From a virus, in IMG/VR virus record IMGVR_UViG_3300017482_000059: a stretch of 29,662 bases of DNA. One strand, given 5' to 3'. Shown piece after piece: positions 27,675 through 29,662 of the stretch; position 1 is the first letter of the stretch; each line of letters begins with the position of its first letter. Both the position numbers and the translations under genes were made by a program. The notes beneath the pieces are model-generated. The model was not told the DNA's origin. It ran no database searches and saw nothing but the letters and a program-made list of their open reading frames with translations.

Positions 27675-27989
27675 ATGGTGAACCCCGTGAACCAAAAACC
27701 CACGATAAAAATAATGACAATATCTTCGGAAGACGACGGTAATGTTTTCGTACAAGCCGAGATCCAGAGCAGGACAAACCCAAATGAATTTCATATAACT
27801 AAAGTAAAGATAGACGGTGAGAACGGCGAGACAAGTTATGCCTATTGTAATTGTAAAGGGTTCGAATATAGGAAAAGGTGCCATCATGTAGAAGCGTTAA
27901 AGGAATTTATGATCAACAATTATAAGGACAAATTAGCAGAAGCCATTGAGAAAAAGAAAAGACTGGCGAGAGAGGCTTTAGAGTGGTGA
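27675..27989 (+). CDS. SWIM zinc-finger protein, 104 aa, paralog of 24548-24898
   Basis: YCNCKGFEYRKRCHHV; TATA 27631-27638; start reassigned from 27645. Confidence 0.85.
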   Translation: MVNPVNQKPTIKIMTISSEDDGNVFVQAEIQSRTNPNEFHITKVKIDGENGETSYAYCNCKGFEYRKRCHHVEALKEFMINNYKDKLAEAIEKKKRLAREALEW

Positions 27990-28155
27990 TTTTTAATTTT
28001 ATTTGAAACCAAATTTTTAGCTATATCTTTACAGTATTTTTCCAATTCTTGAACAGAAATTATGATGCAGTTTTCGTTTACATGATAAATATTCAATATT
28101 CCTTATCTTTTGTATAATACGTAAATTTCCCCCTTTTGCATTTCTATTACTATCA

Positions 28156-28218
28156 CGCAAAAAATAGTCCGCAGTCTCCCTATTTTTATTATATTATAAC
28201 ATGAAACAAGTATTTAAA
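28156..28218 (-). ncRNA. Orphan promoter + 29-nt core, unit U6
   Basis: TATA 28211-28218; core AATAGGGAGACTGCGGACTATTTTTTGCG at 28156-28184. Confidence 0.45.
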
Positions 28219-28297
28219 TCTTTATGCCCCATTTTAGGGAAGCATAAGGATAGAAAACTTTAAATACCTCTTTTGATATAACTATACTTGACCCCAA

Positions 28298-28570
28298 ATG
28301 GCGGGGAAAACGGTCTGGGCTTGGGAAAAGGTCCATAAGATGGGTCTAATTTTTAAGGAAGACAACATATCCGTAACCATTAAAGAAGACCCCGACTTCC
28401 CCTTTGCGTTTATAGTAAAGGTATACGAAGGTGATGGGCTCGTTTATAAAGATATAATAAAATACGAAGAGGTGGGGGTCAACAACATGAACGAGTTACG
28501 AGAGAAATTAATAGAAACTCTCGAAAAAGTAACGGGGATAAAATATAATGTTGTGAGGACGTTCGGGTAA
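28298..28570 (+). CDS. Hypothetical protein, 90 aa
   Basis: TATA 28259-28266 and TGACCCCAAATG leader. Confidence 0.8.
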   Translation: MAGKTVWAWEKVHKMGLIFKEDNISVTIKEDPDFPFAFIVKVYEGDGLVYKDIIKYEEVGVNNMNELREKLIETLEKVTGIKYNVVRTFG

Positions 28571-28607
28571 AACCATTTTTTAAGGTGTATTGTTTTTATC
28601 CCTAAAT

Positions 28608-28663
28608 TGGGAAAAATCCTCGATAGTCCCCCTATATTATTATATAACAAGGAGGTATATAAA
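28608..28663 (-). ncRNA. Orphan promoter + 29-nt core, unit U7
   Basis: TATA 28656-28663; core TATAGGGGGACTATCGAGGATTTTTCCCA at 28608-28636. Confidence 0.5.
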
Positions 28664-28746
28664 GATTTATCCCCCATCTTATCGTCTTTATGGTGTATAA
28701 AGATTTAAATACCCGTAATGAGTATACTACAACCGGGGGTCACGAA

Positions 28747-29061
28747 ATGACCGTTCAAAACCTCCAGGAATTCCTTAACGCATTAAAGGAATTGGGGATA
28801 AAATATGAGGGTAATGGGGACGGCAGGACGATAACCATTAAGGGAGAATTGGACTCGGTAAACACTATTAATAACCAATTATATATCTCAATAAGGCAGA
28901 AGGAATATGTTATTGAATATGCCGAAATTGATAACAGATATCTATTAGCCGTAATGTTGCCGAATAGCGAAATGAATGTCGAATATTCAATATGTTCAAT
29001 AGAATTTCAGACGAAACCGCATGTCTATTATAAATCGGGACGCCTTTATATAAACTACTGA
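28747..29061 (+). CDS. Small paralog family A protein, 104 aa
   Basis: LKELGIKYEGNGDGRTITIKGEL; TATA 28704-28711; start reassigned from 28690. Confidence 0.8.
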   Translation: MTVQNLQEFLNALKELGIKYEGNGDGRTITIKGELDSVNTINNQLYISIRQKEYVIEYAEIDNRYLLAVMLPNSEMNVEYSICSIEFQTKPHVYYKSGRLYINY

Positions 29062-29128
29062 TTTGATTTTTCCTTAACTAAAAGTTAACCCATATTTCCT
29101 ATATTATAATATAGTGAATATAGTCATA

Positions 29129-29234
29129 ATTTTTCTCATTTTTATGATATTATTTTGGCTGAATTTTGATTACAGTAGTGAGAAAAATATTCGATAGCCC
29201 CCCTATATTATTATATAACAAGGAGGTATATAAA
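29129..29234 (-). ncRNA. Orphan promoter + 29-nt core, unit U8, facing degenerate unit U9
   Basis: TATA 29227-29234; core at 29179-29207 matches U3 at 28 of 29 nt; ATTTTTCTCA (29129-38) / TGAGAAAAAT (29179-88) IR. Confidence 0.55.
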
Positions 29235-29312
29235 TTTTTAGGCATTATGACCACGTAAGAAAAAGGCATAAAAATTTAAATACCTCACCCGCCGTAACTA
29301 TACCTGACCCGC

Positions 29313-29662
29313 ATGGACTCCCGAATACCTAAAGGGGTGAGACCGGTTCTGAACTTCCTCCGCTTTATCAGTTCGTTAAGGGAAATAGGGCTTGAAACCA
29401 CTCATAACGAAGATGATAGGGAAATAAGGGTGAAAGGAAAACTGCGATCTATGGGTTTCAGCGACTTCGGATATAATATAGAAATCGTCTCGAAGGATAT
29501 ATTATTTAATTATTCGGAATATAAAGACCTCACAACGATATCTATATGGAAAATTGAAAATGTAAAACAAATATTATTGAAAAAGATTTGGCTGAGAGGA
29601 AGTTTACGTGTAATGTACGATCAACAATACCTCAGGGTTATATATGGGGAAATAAATGAGAT
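29313..29662 (+). CDS. Small paralog family A protein, truncated by window end
   Basis: MDSRIPKG...LREIGLETTHNEDDREIRVKGKLRSMGFSDFGYIIEI..., open to the end; TATA 29275-29282. Absent from the ORF track. Confidence 0.8.
   Translation, partial: MDSRIPKGVRPVLNFLRFISSLREIGLETTHNEDDREIRVKGKLRSMGFSDFGYNIEIVSKDILFNYSEYKDLTTISIWKIENVKQILLKKIWLRGSLRVMYDQQYLRVIYGEINE

Larger units (their letters stand above)
24291..29312. promoter_or_regulatory. Conserved promoter/leader family, right arm (span of dispersed copies)
   Basis: GG(C/T)ATAAA(A/G)ATTTAAATA at 24505, 25168, 25768, 26317, 26735, 27631, 28259, 28704 and 29275 (+) and 24291 (-), each 38-44 nt before ATG. Confidence 0.9.
1..29662. mobile_element. 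Segment of a large Sulfolobales-type plasmid or virus
   Basis: aspA-parB-parA, AcrIII-1 homolog, arrays of singly promoted small ORFs, archaeal TATA/BRE promoters, no core housekeeping operons. Boundaries and element type are not visible. Confidence 0.75.

Noticed and set aside
2287-28677. Antisense or overlapping ORFs in the track (e.g. 2287, 2586, 2695, 4184, 4503, 6229-8842 set, 9948, 9987, 10680, 11679, 12474, 12704, 13176, 13320, 14658, 15669, 17793, 22080, 22171, 22804, 23082, 23797, 24102, 27654, 28444)
   Set aside because: Shadows of better-supported genes, without promoter, RBS or family motifs.
24470-28746. Longer N-termini given by the track for 24470, 25112, 27645 and 28690 (also 4819, 8552, 17462)
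   Set aside because: The extensions read through the promoter motif (HKNLNT/YKDLNT is the translated TATA box); for 8552 (nrdJ), the extension precedes the ATP cone.
24373-29207. Micropeptide reading of the 29-nt cores (e.g. MGRLPRIFLIFVIKFRL, MGRVWNIFLISEQEIQ)
   Set aside because: Only U1 and U4 have ATG; the others have ATA. Lengths vary. Not fully excluded without Ribo-seq.
1-29662. Definitive classification as virus or conjugative plasmid
   Set aside because: No capsid, packaging ATPase, VirB4/TraG, Rep or integrase gene is recognisable in this window.

Overview
Part of a large mobile element (plasmid or virus) of a Sulfolobales-type crenarchaeon. No rRNA, tRNA, CRISPR array, integrase, conjugation or virion gene is recognisable. 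The left end carries a pNOB8-type aspA-parB-parA partition cassette followed by a PD-(D/E)XK nuclease. Nucleotide-metabolism genes are present (class II RNR nrdJ, dcd plus a dcd pseudogene fragment), with a central block of host-like genes. Two outward-pointing arms (about 3.2-10.4 kb on -, 24.5-29.7 kb on +) hold small, mostly singly transcribed genes. About 22 genes share one promoter/leader motif, and many belong to paralog families; this looks like an early anti-defence regulon. Supporting that reading are an AcrIII-1 (DUF1874) homolog lacking the catalytic His and an unannotated 44-aa hyperacidic ORF. The most novel signals are: (1) a nuclease-less IS110/Nop-domain (TasA-like) protein with two Zn-finger insertions, next to a hairpin-rich non-coding stretch that begins with a CRISPR-repeat-like 8-nt tag; (2) at least 7 ORF-less copies of the promoter, each followed by the same 29-nt core and often a hairpin (candidate small-RNA family); (3) an identical 26-bp palindrome inside parB and 25 kb away. 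All family calls come from motif recognition by eye; no database searches were run.
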